IMG/VR virus record: IMGVR_UViG_3300022752_000018
Coordinates: 96,001 to 160,000 of that record
Direction: 5' to 3' (one strand)
Length of the DNA: 64,000 nt
From: a virus
The notes beneath the pieces are model-generated. The model had not been told where the DNA came from, did not search any database, and saw only the letters and a program-made list of their open reading frames with translations. Below are positions 47,224 to 58,427 of this stretch, piece after piece; position 1 is the stretch's first letter, and each line of letters begins with the position of its first letter. The translations under genes were made by a program, and so were the position numbers.

Positions 47224-50200
47224 ATGCCAGTTCCAAGTCAACCAACGATAGGCTTAGCCCAAGCAGTGGGAGCAACGAGCGCTTCCGTTAATTTTACAGC
47301 ACCAGCAGATACAGGCGGCTTAACAATTTTAAGCTATACCGCAACAGCAACACCTCTAACAACAGGTACAAATGTAACAGCTACCCTAAGCCAATCCGGT
47401 AGTGGAACAATTTTTATAACAGGGCTTACTCCGTCTACAGGTTATACTTTTACCATATATGCTACTAATGCTGATGGAAACTCTTTAAATAGTTCTAGCA
47501 GTAATAGTACAACTACTCTACCATCATTAGTTTTCCCAGCGGCTGAATTTTGTAATAATCTTGTAATAGGACCAAATGATGATTGGTACTTACCTAGTAA
47601 AAATGAATTAGAAATAGCATATTATAACCTAAAACCTACTACTAGCAGTAACCAAACCTCATCAGGTATTGATCCTAATGCTGTGCCACCAAGATCAACA
47701 AATTATACAACATCTTTACCAGCTAGAACTAATAGTGCTACCTTTCAGTCTAGCGGCGCTGAAGCATTCAATTCTAATGCAGGTACATACTATTGGACTA
47801 GTACTGAAACTGCTCCAGGAACAGCAATTGCTCAAACTTTTAACACTGGTGACCAATCGGCAAATAATAAAGTAAACACTGCTTTGGTTAGAGCTGTAAG
47901 AAGAGCACTTATCCCGGCAGGATTTACAGTGGCATCAGCTCCTACTTTAGGCACAGTTACATTATCAGGAAATACAGCTACTATTCCTTATAATCCACCT
48001 TCTAGTAATGGTAATTGTGTAATAAGTGGTTATGAAGCAGTTTCTACAGTAAATTCCGCACTGAAAGGATCCTCAACAGGTCCAGCTGCTGGAAGCATTA
48101 GTATCAGTGGTCTAACATTAGGTGTAGCACACACATTCACTGTTAGGGCTAGAAATTTAATTGGTATAGGAGCAGCCAGCACACCTAGTAACAGTGTAGT
48201 GCTTACCGCACCTGTGAACATAGGAACACCAACAGTATCAGGCACTGTTCAGATAGGACAATCAATCAGTGTAAGTAATGGTTCATGGTCGGGTACCCCA
48301 GTAATAACATTTACCTATCAATGGCAAAGAGGTTCAACTACTTCTTCTTTCACTGATATAACCAGTAATGGAATTGGCTCCACATATACTTTAGTCAATG
48401 CTGATTTTAATAACTTTTTACGCTGTAAAGTCACTGCCACAAATAGTGGTGGTGCCAGTTCTGAGTTCACAGCAGCAACTGATAAAGTTACAGCCTTACC
48501 ACCATCTAATACTGGTCTTCCAATTATAAATGGTACAGCTATTTTTGGTAATACCCTTAATGTGACCAACGGAACTTGGGATGGCATACCAGCACCAGCA
48601 TTTAGTTATCAATGGCAGCGAGGCGCAAATGTAAGTTCATTTGCTAATATCAGTGGTGCAACAAATTCATCTTATACTGTTGTAATGGATGATACCTTAA
48701 ACATATTACGCTGTATTGTCACAGCCACAAACGCTGGTGGTGCTGTACCACAAGCAACTAGTCAAATACCAAATACAGGCGTAATTCCAGCGGTACCTCC
48801 TGCTAACACTGCGGCACCTACTATCAGTGGTACAGTGTTCATTGGACAAACTCTCACTGTAAATGAAGGAACATGGACTGGTACAGCAACAATTACTTAC
48901 AGCTATCAATGGCAAAAGGGCACAACAGACTTATCAGGTGCTACAAATAAAACATATGTAATACAATTCTCTGATTATAATAATACATTACGTTGTATTG
49001 TAACTGCCAAAAATCCTGCAAATAATACCACAGGAGTAGCCGCCAACACAGTCAATACAATACTAGTACCACCAGCACCACCAGTTAATACAGTTGTACC
49101 ATTAATCACTGGTACCGTAGCAGTAACAAATACACTAAGCTGTAGTCCAGGAACTTGGACTGGTACAGAAACAATCACATATTCGTATCAATGGCAAAGA
49201 GGAACCAGTGATATATCTGGAGCCACTAATTCTAGTTATCAAGTTACGTTGACTGACGTTGGATCTACTTTGAGATGCGTAGTGACGGCAAGAAATCCAG
49301 CCACTTCAATAGGAGTAGCTAAAGAGAGCGCCAATACAATAGTAGTTCCTCCAATGGTTCCAAGAAATGATGCGGTACCAACTATCACTGTATCTAATAA
49401 TGGACTGTACGGTGCTGGGTTGTATGGAAGTACACTAACTGCTAGCACAGGTACATGGTTTGGTACATTACCTATAACCTACACTTATCAATGGCAACGT
49501 GGTACAACTGATATTGTAGGTGCTACAAATTCTAATTATGTTATTCAAATAGATGATACCCTTAACACAGTAAGATGTGTGGTTAAGGCCACCAATATAG
49601 CAGGAAATACATCATCTACATCAGCTAATTTCCCCGCAACAGGTACAATACCTTCCTTCGCCCCAATTAATTCAGTAACACCTACAATCACTGGCACTCC
49701 GGCAAATGGCAATGTGTTAACAGTGAATTCGGGTACATGGATCGGAACAGCACCAATTACTTACGAATATCAATGGCAAAGAGGAACAACTGATATTCCT
49801 GGTGAAACTAATATAAATTATACAGTTGTGATTCCTGACACTTTGAACACACTACGTTGTAGAGTTACAGCTAAGAATGTGGCCAGTATAAATGGTGTAC
49901 AAGGATTCAGTGCTAATGTTCCAACTACTGGTGTTATTGCTGCTGTGGGCCCAAGTAATGTTGTAAGACCAAGTATATCAGGAGCAATTGAAATCAATGG
50001 TGTATTGACAGCAGATCCAGGAACTTGGACTGGTACTGTTACTATTTTATATACCTATCAATGGAGAAAAGGAGCCCCAGGTGGTACATTATTGCCAATA
50101 ACAGGTGCTACAAATCCAACTTATACAATACAATTAGCTGATAAATTCAATGTAATTGATGTTGTGGTAACTGCAAGTAATCCTGGTGGATCAGCTTCAA

Positions 50201-53200
50201 GAGAAAGTTTATCTACCACAACTATACCAGATGCCTTCCCACCACAGAACGTTACGTTACCAGTAATTACAGGTACTGTAGCCTTTGGTGGATCTGTGAG
50301 TGTTAGCAATGGAACTTGGTCTGGAACTACTCCTTTTACTTATTCATACCAATGGCAACGCGGAACAACTGATATTACAGGTGCTACAAATTCTAATTAT
50401 GTTATCCAAGTAGATGATACCCTTAATACCATAAGATGTATAGTACGGGCTAGGAATGCTGGGTCCAGTACTGGAGTTACCGCTACTAGCCTTTCTGTAC
50501 CGGGAACAGGTACAATTGCTGCTATAGCTCCTTTTAATACAGTTCCGCCTACGATCAGTGGAACAACAGCAATTTTAAGTACTTTAGAAGCCATGCCAAA
50601 TACTTGGGTTGGTAGTGGTACAATAACTTATAGCTATCAATGGTTTAAAGCACCTAGTGGTGGAGCATTGAGTCCAATTTCAGGAGCAACAAATAAAACC
50701 TATCAAGTGGTAGCTGCTGATTATAATTCGAGTCTAGCGGTTACAGTGACAGCTAAAAACGTAGCTAATCCTACTACAGGCGTATCTGCCCAAACTATTC
50801 AAACAGTATTAGTACCACCATACAAGACAGTTTTTGATAGTCCTGGGCCTCAAATTACAGGTACAGTTGCCATAGGTCAAACACTAACTGTTGATTTAGG
50901 CACTTACTTAGGTGTTCCCACACCAACAATAACATATCAATGGCAACGTGGCACAAACAATATTTCAGGAGCAACTGGTTCATCATATACTGTAACTTCT
51001 GCTGATTATGCCCTTCAATTAAGATGTGTAGTTACTGCTAATAATGCTGGTGGAACAACCGTTGTTAATACTAACCAAACTGTACCAGTTCCACCACAAG
51101 CTCCTACAGTATCAGCTATACCTACAATATCTGGAACAGTAGCCATATATCAACAGTTGACGTGCCTTCCAGGCACTTGGGTAGGGACCCCAACCCCAAC
51201 ATATACCTATCAGTGGGCAGTTGGTGGAGTAAACCAAGGTACGGCAAGTACCTACACAGTAGATTTTAATGATTTTGATAAAACTATAACTTGTACAGTT
51301 ACAGCCTCAAACTTAGCCGGTAGTGCTAGTTCAACAACAGCAGCGACCATTAAGGTACCAGGACTAACTCCAAGTCTTACGGCAGCTCCTACTCTTACTG
51401 GGACAAACCAAGTATTTGAAACTTTAAATACAACTAGCGGAACATGGTTTGGTACCGCTACCATAGGCTACGCATATCAATGGCAAAGAAACGGTGTAAA
51501 TATAAACACTTTACCAAGTCCTAAAACTACACAAGGTACTTCAAATAGTTATACTCTTACAGCAGCTGATTATCAAGCAACAATTAGAGTGATCATATAT
51601 GCGTTCAATACAGGGGGTGAAACTAGCACTACTGTTACATTTAGTGGTCAGGTTTTAGGAAAAGCACCAATTATTACTGCTATTCCTACAATATCAGGTA
51701 CAGTAGCCCCTGCTTCAACAATCACAGCATCAACTGGAACTTGGACTGCAGTTCCTGCTATAACATCTTACAGTTATCAGTGGAGAGCAGATGGAGTCAA
51801 TATTAGCGGTGCAACTTCTGCATCCTACACAGTTGCTCTAGCTGATATAGGTAAAAAATTATCATGTCTTGTAACAGCTACCAATTCAGTGGGAAGCATC
51901 GGTGAAAAAACAGCTGATACTATTACAGTTCCTAATGCCACTGCTCCATCCAATACCGCTGGACCAACTATTAGCGGATCATTTGTTTTAAATGGAACTG
52001 TGACGGCTACGACAGGAAGTTGGAACGGCACACCACCTATTACTTATACCATACAATGGTATAGATCTCCTGCTGATGGATCAGGAGTCCTTGGCACTGG
52101 TAGTAACTACATCATAACTATGGCAGATACAAATCAAAAGATTTATGCTAGAGTAATAGCCAATAATCCTGGTGGAACTCAACAAGCTGATTCTAGTTTG
52201 AGTGGTACCATTCCTGCTGTTGCACCAACTAATACAGTGGCGCCAACCATAAGTGGAACAGCGGCTTATAATAATACCCTGTCAGTAACTACTGGTACTT
52301 GGACTGGATCAACAGGAATCAATTACACTTATCAATGGCGTGTAGGTACAACAAATATCGCAGGAGCCACTGGTAGTTCATATACTTTAAATTATGATCA
52401 AACTAATACCACAGTAAATGTACAAGTTACAGCTACAAATGCTGGTGGTTCTAACACAGCAACTACAACAAATTATCCAAGTAGTGGAGTGATTCCTGCT
52501 ATAGCACCAATAAACAGTGCCCCACCTACTTACGAAATTAGTCCAGATGCTACAACTTATACTGATTTTTCAGGTAGTTCTACAATAAGAGTAGGTGATG
52601 TAGTTAGAGTTAAATCACCTGGAACTTGGGTAGGGTCCCCAACGATAACCTTTAGCTATACTTGGGGAAATAGTGATGGCACAGCTATAAGTAGTCCATT
52701 TCCTAATGCCCTAATAGTACCTGATACAAGTTATGGAAAAACATTAGTAGGTAAGGTTACAGGTACAAATCCAGGAGGAAGCACTGTATATAGCACTACC
52801 CTAGTTACAGTAGTTAACCAACTTATCCGAGTTACAACTAATCCTGACATGCGTAAGTTGGTAAATAGTATTGAATATTTTATTACAAGTTTAAATGTAG
52901 GTGATGTAGTTCGTATTACATCTGGTGACAGGGCAGGTTTCCCAACACCAACAATATCTATGAAAATACAGGCTTTATTTAGTGGTGTATGGACTGATAT
53001 AGCCACTAATTTAAATAATGGTGCTTATTACACTATACCCTCTAATGCCTACAATACACAAGTTAGAGTCAGTGTTACAGCAACAAATGCTTTTGAAACT
53101 GTAACGAGAGAATTTAATCCTGGTGTTACCGTAGGTCCTCAAAACCTAGCAGTTGTTGTGGCCCCGAGTATAACATTGACCAGCGGAGCTTTAAGGCCTG

Positions 53201-56200
53201 GCGGAGTTTTATCATGGAATGCAGGTACTTATTCAGGAACACCGCAACCCAACACTTTCTCAGTAATACTTCAAAGATTAATCTCTGGTGTTAGTTCAGA
53301 TATAGCGACCTATACAACTAGTACAGGTACTTATACTATAGTGAATGCTGATTATAATAGTACACTGAGAATAAAAGCAACGGTGGGTAACGGTGGTGTT
53401 ACCCCAAGTATCACCAATGATAGCCAATATACTAATAATATTGGACCTTTACCAATAGGAAATACTGCTCTACCAACTATAACCACTGGTACTGCCACAA
53501 CAGTTGCAGGTGATCAAAAATATTCAACTACTTATAACGTATCACTTGGATCATGGACAGGTTGGCCAGCTTTGAGCTATACTTTATCTTTATATAGAGG
53601 AACAACTTTAATAACTAGTTCAACTGGGACTAGTTTATCATATCAATTAACAGCTAGTGATTATCAACAAACTCATTATGCCACAGTTAAAGCTACAAAC
53701 GCTGCCGATAGCACAGGGGTAACTGCTACTTCAGCTACCACTAGTGCATTTAACACAACAGTTAGTTATACAGGCAGCAATCCTTCGATTACAGCCAGTG
53801 GGTTTGATCCTAGTTCAATCTTAAGAGATGGACAGGTAATAAGAGTTGACCAACCTCTGTATACCAAAATACCCGCACCCACAGTAACATATCAATGGCG
53901 TAGAGGTACAACAAATATATCAGGAGCCACAGGAAGCTCATATACAGTAACAGCCAGTGACATAGGATCTGCAATAAATTGTGTAGTTACTTATTCAGGT
54001 ACACCTACAGAAACACGTACTACAGGTAACACAGCCACTGTTCAACCTGCGCTAGTTGCCCCTAGTTGGACATCAACCCCTGATACGCCCACTGGCCTTA
54101 CGGTTCAAAATACTATTACACTACCTACATATACAGCTAGTGGTAACCCAACACCTACAATAACAACTACATGGCAAAGAGCAGAAGCGGCTACACCAAC
54201 TAGTTTTAGTAATGTATCAGGTTCTAGTGTAACTTTGGTGACAGCAGATTATGGAAGATACTATAGAATCAGTGCTACAGCCTCCAATAGTCAAGGCTCT
54301 ATATCTTACACGTCAACTTCACGCCAAATCGGAGCTAAACTAGCTCAACCAGATGCCTTCACTATGAGCTCAGACATAGCAGTGCCTGATATAAATAGTT
54401 CCACAGCCAGCTTAACATTATCATATTCTGCTAACGCTGCTAAACTGAATGATCCAACTCCTGCCACATATACTGAAACTACGACTGTTAGTTTACATAA
54501 CTATGATGATAATAACGCACAAGGACTTGGTTCATTAGTACAATCATGGTCACCGTCGATTCGTTCAAATATCACTAGTATGACCCCTAATACTTGGAGT
54601 TTAATAGTTAGTCCTGCTCATTACGGTAAAGTTTTAAAGTTCGTTACCTCATGGACAACTGGCTACGGCGTTGTAGGTGGTAGTGGTACAACAACTTTAG
54701 TAACAAATAGAATTGTTCATGGCCCTGCTCCTACAGCAACAATGGGTTGGTCTACTCCAATTATAATAAGAGTTGGTGACCCAGCTCCAGTATGGTATGC
54801 TGTAATCTCATATTATCCACCACAATACGGTGCTGTTGAAACTAAGTTTTTTGAAAGTAAAACAATTGCTGCGACCACTTGGACTGTAAGAAATAATACC
54901 AACACTTTAGCAATTACAGATGCGGATATAGGATTGCAACTTAGAGGTAGGATAACATTAACATTGCCTGCAATGACCTATAAGGCTATGAATTATTCAA
55001 CTGGGCAGGTAAGTTCAACCACTAGCACTGCACCCGCATGGAATGTAGAAGGTATAACTCAGACTGTTTCTGTGTTTGATAAGGCTATTTCAACTGCAGG
55101 ATTTACAAAACCTACAATCTCAGGGAATTACCTTGCAGGTAGTGTTCATACAATCAATGCAGGAACAATTCCCAGTTATTGGCATACGATGACACTATTT
55201 TTAGATATGTCTAATGGGACGACTATTACTGTAGGTAGCGCAAATAGTGGCGGACAATCTAGTATTACAATGAATTGGACTGCTGTTGCAGGCACTATAA
55301 GTACTATAAGAGCTGTTTGGTATAACAAGGGTGGAGAAGGATGGGCCAACAGTAATAATATAAATCAAGTTATCATCACAGCCACAGCACCAGGTGCACC
55401 AGGGGTATCTATATATATAGATATGAATTGGCCTGGTGCAGAGGGACGACCAACCTTCGTAGGAACAATCACAGCACCTTCAAGTAACGGTGGCGCCGCA
55501 ATTACTTCGTATAAATGTGACCTATATAAGAATTCAGGAACATATGTTTCTACCCAATCGACTACTGGCCTTTCTTTTGCAAACGCTGGGCCTTTTGACA
55601 GAGTAACTCCATATTATTTTATCGTATATGCCATAAATATCGCGGGTACAGGCCCAGGCACAACAAGTAATACAGTCACAACTCCTGCCACAATGCCAAG
55701 TCTACCCACAAATGTCACAGTGTCGTCGATTACAGATTCTTCTTGTACAGTTAGTTGGACAGCCAGCAGTGACACTGGAGGAAAACCTGTAACATATAAC
55801 GCAACAATTAAATTAGCATCAAATGGTCAAAATGTAGTCGGAAACGATACAACGGGAACATCAATAAGTCTATCAGGACTAAGTAGAACCACACAATATT
55901 ATGCTATAGTTTTTCCTCGTAATGAAAATAATTTAAATTACCTGATTGGTGCTACATCGGCAAACTTTACCACTGCTGCCATAGTACCAAGAGCACCAGT
56001 AGTAACAGTGTCAGGAGCCACAGCAAGTTCTTATGTAGCATCATGGACATTAGCTGATACTGGTGGAAGTGCTATTACAGGATATAACATACAAAATAGA
56101 TCTGGTGGTGTTAATGTAGGAGGAAGTTTAACTGTAGCTGCTAATATTACAAGTGTAACAATATCCGGTCTCGGTGCTAACACAACCTATACAGCTAGAG

Positions 56201-58422
56201 TATACGCTATAAATGCTATAGGTAATGGAGTAATAGGTGAGTCATCAGGTATAACTACAACAGGAACTGCACCGGCACAGATAACAAGTTTCACTGCGGA
56301 CCGTTCTACAGTTATTCCTACTAGTGGTGTTTTAGTATGGACAGCTCCTTCAAATGGTGGATCAGCTATAACTAAATATAGAATCAATATCAGCCCAGCA
56401 AATACAGCAGGTCAAACTTTTGTAGAAGTGGCTGATTCATCAGCCACGGTAACTTATTCACTAATGTCCCTAACGGCTGGAACTACTTATACAGTAAGTG
56501 TAGCGGCGGTGAATGCTATTGGAACTGGTACAGCTAGTGCCAATAAAACATTCAAACCTGGATTGGCGCCGGCAACAAATAGTTTGGTAATTACACCGAT
56601 ATTTGGTCACACAAATAATGTTAAGATTACTAGATTAAGTTGGACAAATATAATAGCTGGGTATCCAGCTACTAGCCATACTTTAAACGGACCAGGATTT
56701 TCTACAAATCAAAACTATACTGGTGCTGCAACCACGGTAGACAGTGCTGCTCTTACTATAGCAAATGGATCCAGTATAACTTACAGTGTAACGTCCAATA
56801 GTGATGTTCCCAATACTTTACTATCGACATTTCAAGTATCTACCATTTACACATTACCACCAGAAGCACCAACAGCATTAAGTGTATCTGTGAGTAATAC
56901 TGTAGGCACAGCAACTTTAAGTTGGACAGCACCAGCTAATAATGGATCACCACTTACAGGCTACGATGTTGAGATATTAAACGCATCCAATGTAGTTCTT
57001 GGTTCCTTTAGTGCTGCTCTAGCTGCTAATGCTACAAGTCATACATTCGTATTAGGTTGGCAAAGTGCTGCCACAGTTTATAATCCACGTATAAGAGCAA
57101 AAAATAGCTCACCAGGACTAAGATCAGATGTTAATGTAGCTGGCCTTGGACCTTGGGCTTCAACATCTTATACTGCAACAACTATACCAGGTGCTCCAGG
57201 AGCAGTTACAGCCACCGCGACTAGCTCAACAACTGTTAGCGTCACATGGTCAGCAGCTTCTAATAACGGTGGAAGTGCTATTACAGGATATAGAGTATAT
57301 TGGGACGTTCTCTATAGGTCTTCTTTCCTGACCAGCGCCACTACAACTTCCTATACAGTCACTGGACTTAGTCCTGGGTCAGAAAATTTAACTTTTGGCG
57401 TTGAGGCTGTAAACAGACATGGCGGCGGTACTATTACCAGTAGCGGATTTGTAAATATGCCATTAGAAAGAAAATCAGTTACAATCAACATTAGCACAAG
57501 TCAAAACAATTATGTTTTAGATACATCGAAAGTGACAGGATATATAACCGGTAAAACAGATGTGACAGTAAATATAGGGCTTGTTAATATAGGCTCTAGC
57601 TCTACAGGAGAACCAGCTTTTAAAGTTACAGGCTTCAATAACGGGGATACTATTGTTATTAATAATGGTGGAAGCATCGGTGGCGCAGGTGGTGCAGGGG
57701 GGACAGGCGGCGGCGTTACAATGTATTTGCCATATAGTTGGCTAGGTGGTGGCGACGCTCAATATACTTTTACAGCAGGTGGTAATGGCGAAAATGGTGG
57801 AATAGGTATGGCAGTGTACAACACATCGTCTGGTGTCACTTGGAGACCTGTAATAAATAACTCCGGATATATAATGGGTGGCGGCGCTGGCGGTGGTGGC
57901 GGTGCTGGCGTGGGAACGGGTCCAATAGGCCTCAAAGCACCTACTTATTATTCCGCTTTTGGTGGCGGAGGTGGCGGAGGTGGTCGTGGAGGCCAAGGTT
58001 TAGCTACAGGTAATGTAGGTGTGGGTGGTGGTGGTGCGGGTGGTGCGGGTGGTACTGCCAGCTGGTATGGTAGGTCTTCGACATATTCAGGTGCCTACAC
58101 AGGACCAGCAGGTACAGCTGGGAGTACTTCCCCCCCAACAGACGTTGGGGGAGCAGGTGGTATCAGCGCCAATCCAAATCCACCAGATAATGTTAATGGC
58201 TATAACAACAGTGGTGGAGCTGGCAGCGGATTTCATTATCTAAACCAATACGCTACTCCTGCTTACCCTGGTAAAGCTTTCAAAGGTACTCCTATAATTG
58301 GGACTGGCAGTATTAGCATAGGTACCGCTGGTCTTGCTGGCACTAATGGTGCATATATTACAGGAAAAGTGACTGTAGCAACTAACACTGGTTTCCTATT
58401 GGGTGTGGATGGAAGAATATAA
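47224..58422 (+). CDS. Giant (3732 aa) Ser/Thr-rich adhesin-like fibre: FN3, partial DUF1566-like domain, about 20 Ig-like repeats, FN3 run, glycine-rich tip
   Basis: Repeat motifs read from the translation; C-terminal GGAGGAGGTGG/GGGGGGG tracts. Confidence 0.8.
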   Translation: MPVPSQPTIGLAQAVGATSASVNFTAPADTGGLTILSYTATATPLTTGTNVTATLSQSGSGTIFITGLTPSTGYTFTIYATNADGNSLNSSSSNSTTTLPSLVFPAAEFCNNLVIGPNDDWYLPSKNELEIAYYNLKPTTSSNQTSSGIDPNAVPPRSTNYTTSLPARTNSATFQSSGAEAFNSNAGTYYWTSTETAPGTAIAQTFNTGDQSANNKVNTALVRAVRRALIPAGFTVASAPTLGTVTLSGNTATIPYNPPSSNGNCVISGYEAVSTVNSALKGSSTGPAAGSISISGLTLGVAHTFTVRARNLIGIGAASTPSNSVVLTAPVNIGTPTVSGTVQIGQSISVSNGSWSGTPVITFTYQWQRGSTTSSFTDITSNGIGSTYTLVNADFNNFLRCKVTATNSGGASSEFTAATDKVTALPPSNTGLPIINGTAIFGNTLNVTNGTWDGIPAPAFSYQWQRGANVSSFANISGATNSSYTVVMDDTLNILRCIVTATNAGGAVPQATSQIPNTGVIPAVPPANTAAPTISGTVFIGQTLTVNEGTWTGTATITYSYQWQKGTTDLSGATNKTYVIQFSDYNNTLRCIVTAKNPANNTTGVAANTVNTILVPPAPPVNTVVPLITGTVAVTNTLSCSPGTWTGTETITYSYQWQRGTSDISGATNSSYQVTLTDVGSTLRCVVTARNPATSIGVAKESANTIVVPPMVPRNDAVPTITVSNNGLYGAGLYGSTLTASTGTWFGTLPITYTYQWQRGTTDIVGATNSNYVIQIDDTLNTVRCVVKATNIAGNTSSTSANFPATGTIPSFAPINSVTPTITGTPANGNVLTVNSGTWIGTAPITYEYQWQRGTTDIPGETNINYTVVIPDTLNTLRCRVTAKNVASINGVQGFSANVPTTGVIAAVGPSNVVRPSISGAIEINGVLTADPGTWTGTVTILYTYQWRKGAPGGTLLPITGATNPTYTIQLADKFNVIDVVVTASNPGGSASRESLSTTTIPDAFPPQNVTLPVITGTVAFGGSVSVSNGTWSGTTPFTYSYQWQRGTTDITGATNSNYVIQVDDTLNTIRCIVRARNAGSSTGVTATSLSVPGTGTIAAIAPFNTVPPTISGTTAILSTLEAMPNTWVGSGTITYSYQWFKAPSGGALSPISGATNKTYQVVAADYNSSLAVTVTAKNVANPTTGVSAQTIQTVLVPPYKTVFDSPGPQITGTVAIGQTLTVDLGTYLGVPTPTITYQWQRGTNNISGATGSSYTVTSADYALQLRCVVTANNAGGTTVVNTNQTVPVPPQAPTVSAIPTISGTVAIYQQLTCLPGTWVGTPTPTYTYQWAVGGVNQGTASTYTVDFNDFDKTITCTVTASNLAGSASSTTAATIKVPGLTPSLTAAPTLTGTNQVFETLNTTSGTWFGTATIGYAYQWQRNGVNINTLPSPKTTQGTSNSYTLTAADYQATIRVIIYAFNTGGETSTTVTFSGQVLGKAPIITAIPTISGTVAPASTITASTGTWTAVPAITSYSYQWRADGVNISGATSASYTVALADIGKKLSCLVTATNSVGSIGEKTADTITVPNATAPSNTAGPTISGSFVLNGTVTATTGSWNGTPPITYTIQWYRSPADGSGVLGTGSNYIITMADTNQKIYARVIANNPGGTQQADSSLSGTIPAVAPTNTVAPTISGTAAYNNTLSVTTGTWTGSTGINYTYQWRVGTTNIAGATGSSYTLNYDQTNTTVNVQVTATNAGGSNTATTTNYPSSGVIPAIAPINSAPPTYEISPDATTYTDFSGSSTIRVGDVVRVKSPGTWVGSPTITFSYTWGNSDGTAISSPFPNALIVPDTSYGKTLVGKVTGTNPGGSTVYSTTLVTVVNQLIRVTTNPDMRKLVNSIEYFITSLNVGDVVRITSGDRAGFPTPTISMKIQALFSGVWTDIATNLNNGAYYTIPSNAYNTQVRVSVTATNAFETVTREFNPGVTVGPQNLAVVVAPSITLTSGALRPGGVLSWNAGTYSGTPQPNTFSVILQRLISGVSSDIATYTTSTGTYTIVNADYNSTLRIKATVGNGGVTPSITNDSQYTNNIGPLPIGNTALPTITTGTATTVAGDQKYSTTYNVSLGSWTGWPALSYTLSLYRGTTLITSSTGTSLSYQLTASDYQQTHYATVKATNAADSTGVTATSATTSAFNTTVSYTGSNPSITASGFDPSSILRDGQVIRVDQPLYTKIPAPTVTYQWRRGTTNISGATGSSYTVTASDIGSAINCVVTYSGTPTETRTTGNTATVQPALVAPSWTSTPDTPTGLTVQNTITLPTYTASGNPTPTITTTWQRAEAATPTSFSNVSGSSVTLVTADYGRYYRISATASNSQGSISYTSTSRQIGAKLAQPDAFTMSSDIAVPDINSSTASLTLSYSANAAKLNDPTPATYTETTTVSLHNYDDNNAQGLGSLVQSWSPSIRSNITSMTPNTWSLIVSPAHYGKVLKFVTSWTTGYGVVGGSGTTTLVTNRIVHGPAPTATMGWSTPIIIRVGDPAPVWYAVISYYPPQYGAVETKFFESKTIAATTWTVRNNTNTLAITDADIGLQLRGRITLTLPAMTYKAMNYSTGQVSSTTSTAPAWNVEGITQTVSVFDKAISTAGFTKPTISGNYLAGSVHTINAGTIPSYWHTMTLFLDMSNGTTITVGSANSGGQSSITMNWTAVAGTISTIRAVWYNKGGEGWANSNNINQVIITATAPGAPGVSIYIDMNWPGAEGRPTFVGTITAPSSNGGAAITSYKCDLYKNSGTYVSTQSTTGLSFANAGPFDRVTPYYFIVYAINIAGTGPGTTSNTVTTPATMPSLPTNVTVSSITDSSCTVSWTASSDTGGKPVTYNATIKLASNGQNVVGNDTTGTSISLSGLSRTTQYYAIVFPRNENNLNYLIGATSANFTTAAIVPRAPVVTVSGATASSYVASWTLADTGGSAITGYNIQNRSGGVNVGGSLTVAANITSVTISGLGANTTYTARVYAINAIGNGVIGESSGITTTGTAPAQITSFTADRSTVIPTSGVLVWTAPSNGGSAITKYRINISPANTAGQTFVEVADSSATVTYSLMSLTAGTTYTVSVAAVNAIGTGTASANKTFKPGLAPATNSLVITPIFGHTNNVKITRLSWTNIIAGYPATSHTLNGPGFSTNQNYTGAATTVDSAALTIANGSSITYSVTSNSDVPNTLLSTFQVSTIYTLPPEAPTALSVSVSNTVGTATLSWTAPANNGSPLTGYDVEILNASNVVLGSFSAALAANATSHTFVLGWQSAATVYNPRIRAKNSSPGLRSDVNVAGLGPWASTSYTATTIPGAPGAVTATATSSTTVSVTWSAASNNGGSAITGYRVYWDVLYRSSFLTSATTTSYTVTGLSPGSENLTFGVEAVNRHGGGTITSSGFVNMPLERKSVTINISTSQNNYVLDTSKVTGYITGKTDVTVNIGLVNIGSSSTGEPAFKVTGFNNGDTIVINNGGSIGGAGGAGGTGGGVTMYLPYSWLGGGDAQYTFTAGGNGENGGIGMAVYNTSSGVTWRPVINNSGYIMGGGAGGGGGAGVGTGPIGLKAPTYYSAFGGGGGGGGRGGQGLATGNVGVGGGGAGGAGGTASWYGRSSTYSGAYTGPAGTAGSTSPPTDVGGAGGISANPNPPDNVNGYNNSGGAGSGFHYLNQYATPAYPGKAFKGTPIIGTGSISIGTAGLAGTNGAYITGKVTVATNTGFLLGVDGRI

Positions 58423-58427
58423 CAGAT

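Noticed and set aside
47143-47224. Readthrough or frameshift joining the two giant Ig genes
   Set aside because: The 80-bp gap has its own ATAAATA motif and an SD-like AAGG, and no obvious slippery site precedes the TAA.
47530-47904. Diversity-generating retroelement at the DUF1566-like segment
   Set aside because: No reverse transcriptase or adenine-mismatched template repeat was found in this window; kept only as a check.
7030-58422. Stop-codon reassignment or intein/intron interruption
   Set aside because: Very long ORFs (up to 13 kb) are open in the standard code, genes end in TAA, TAG or TGA with tight coupling, and no intein motifs were seen.
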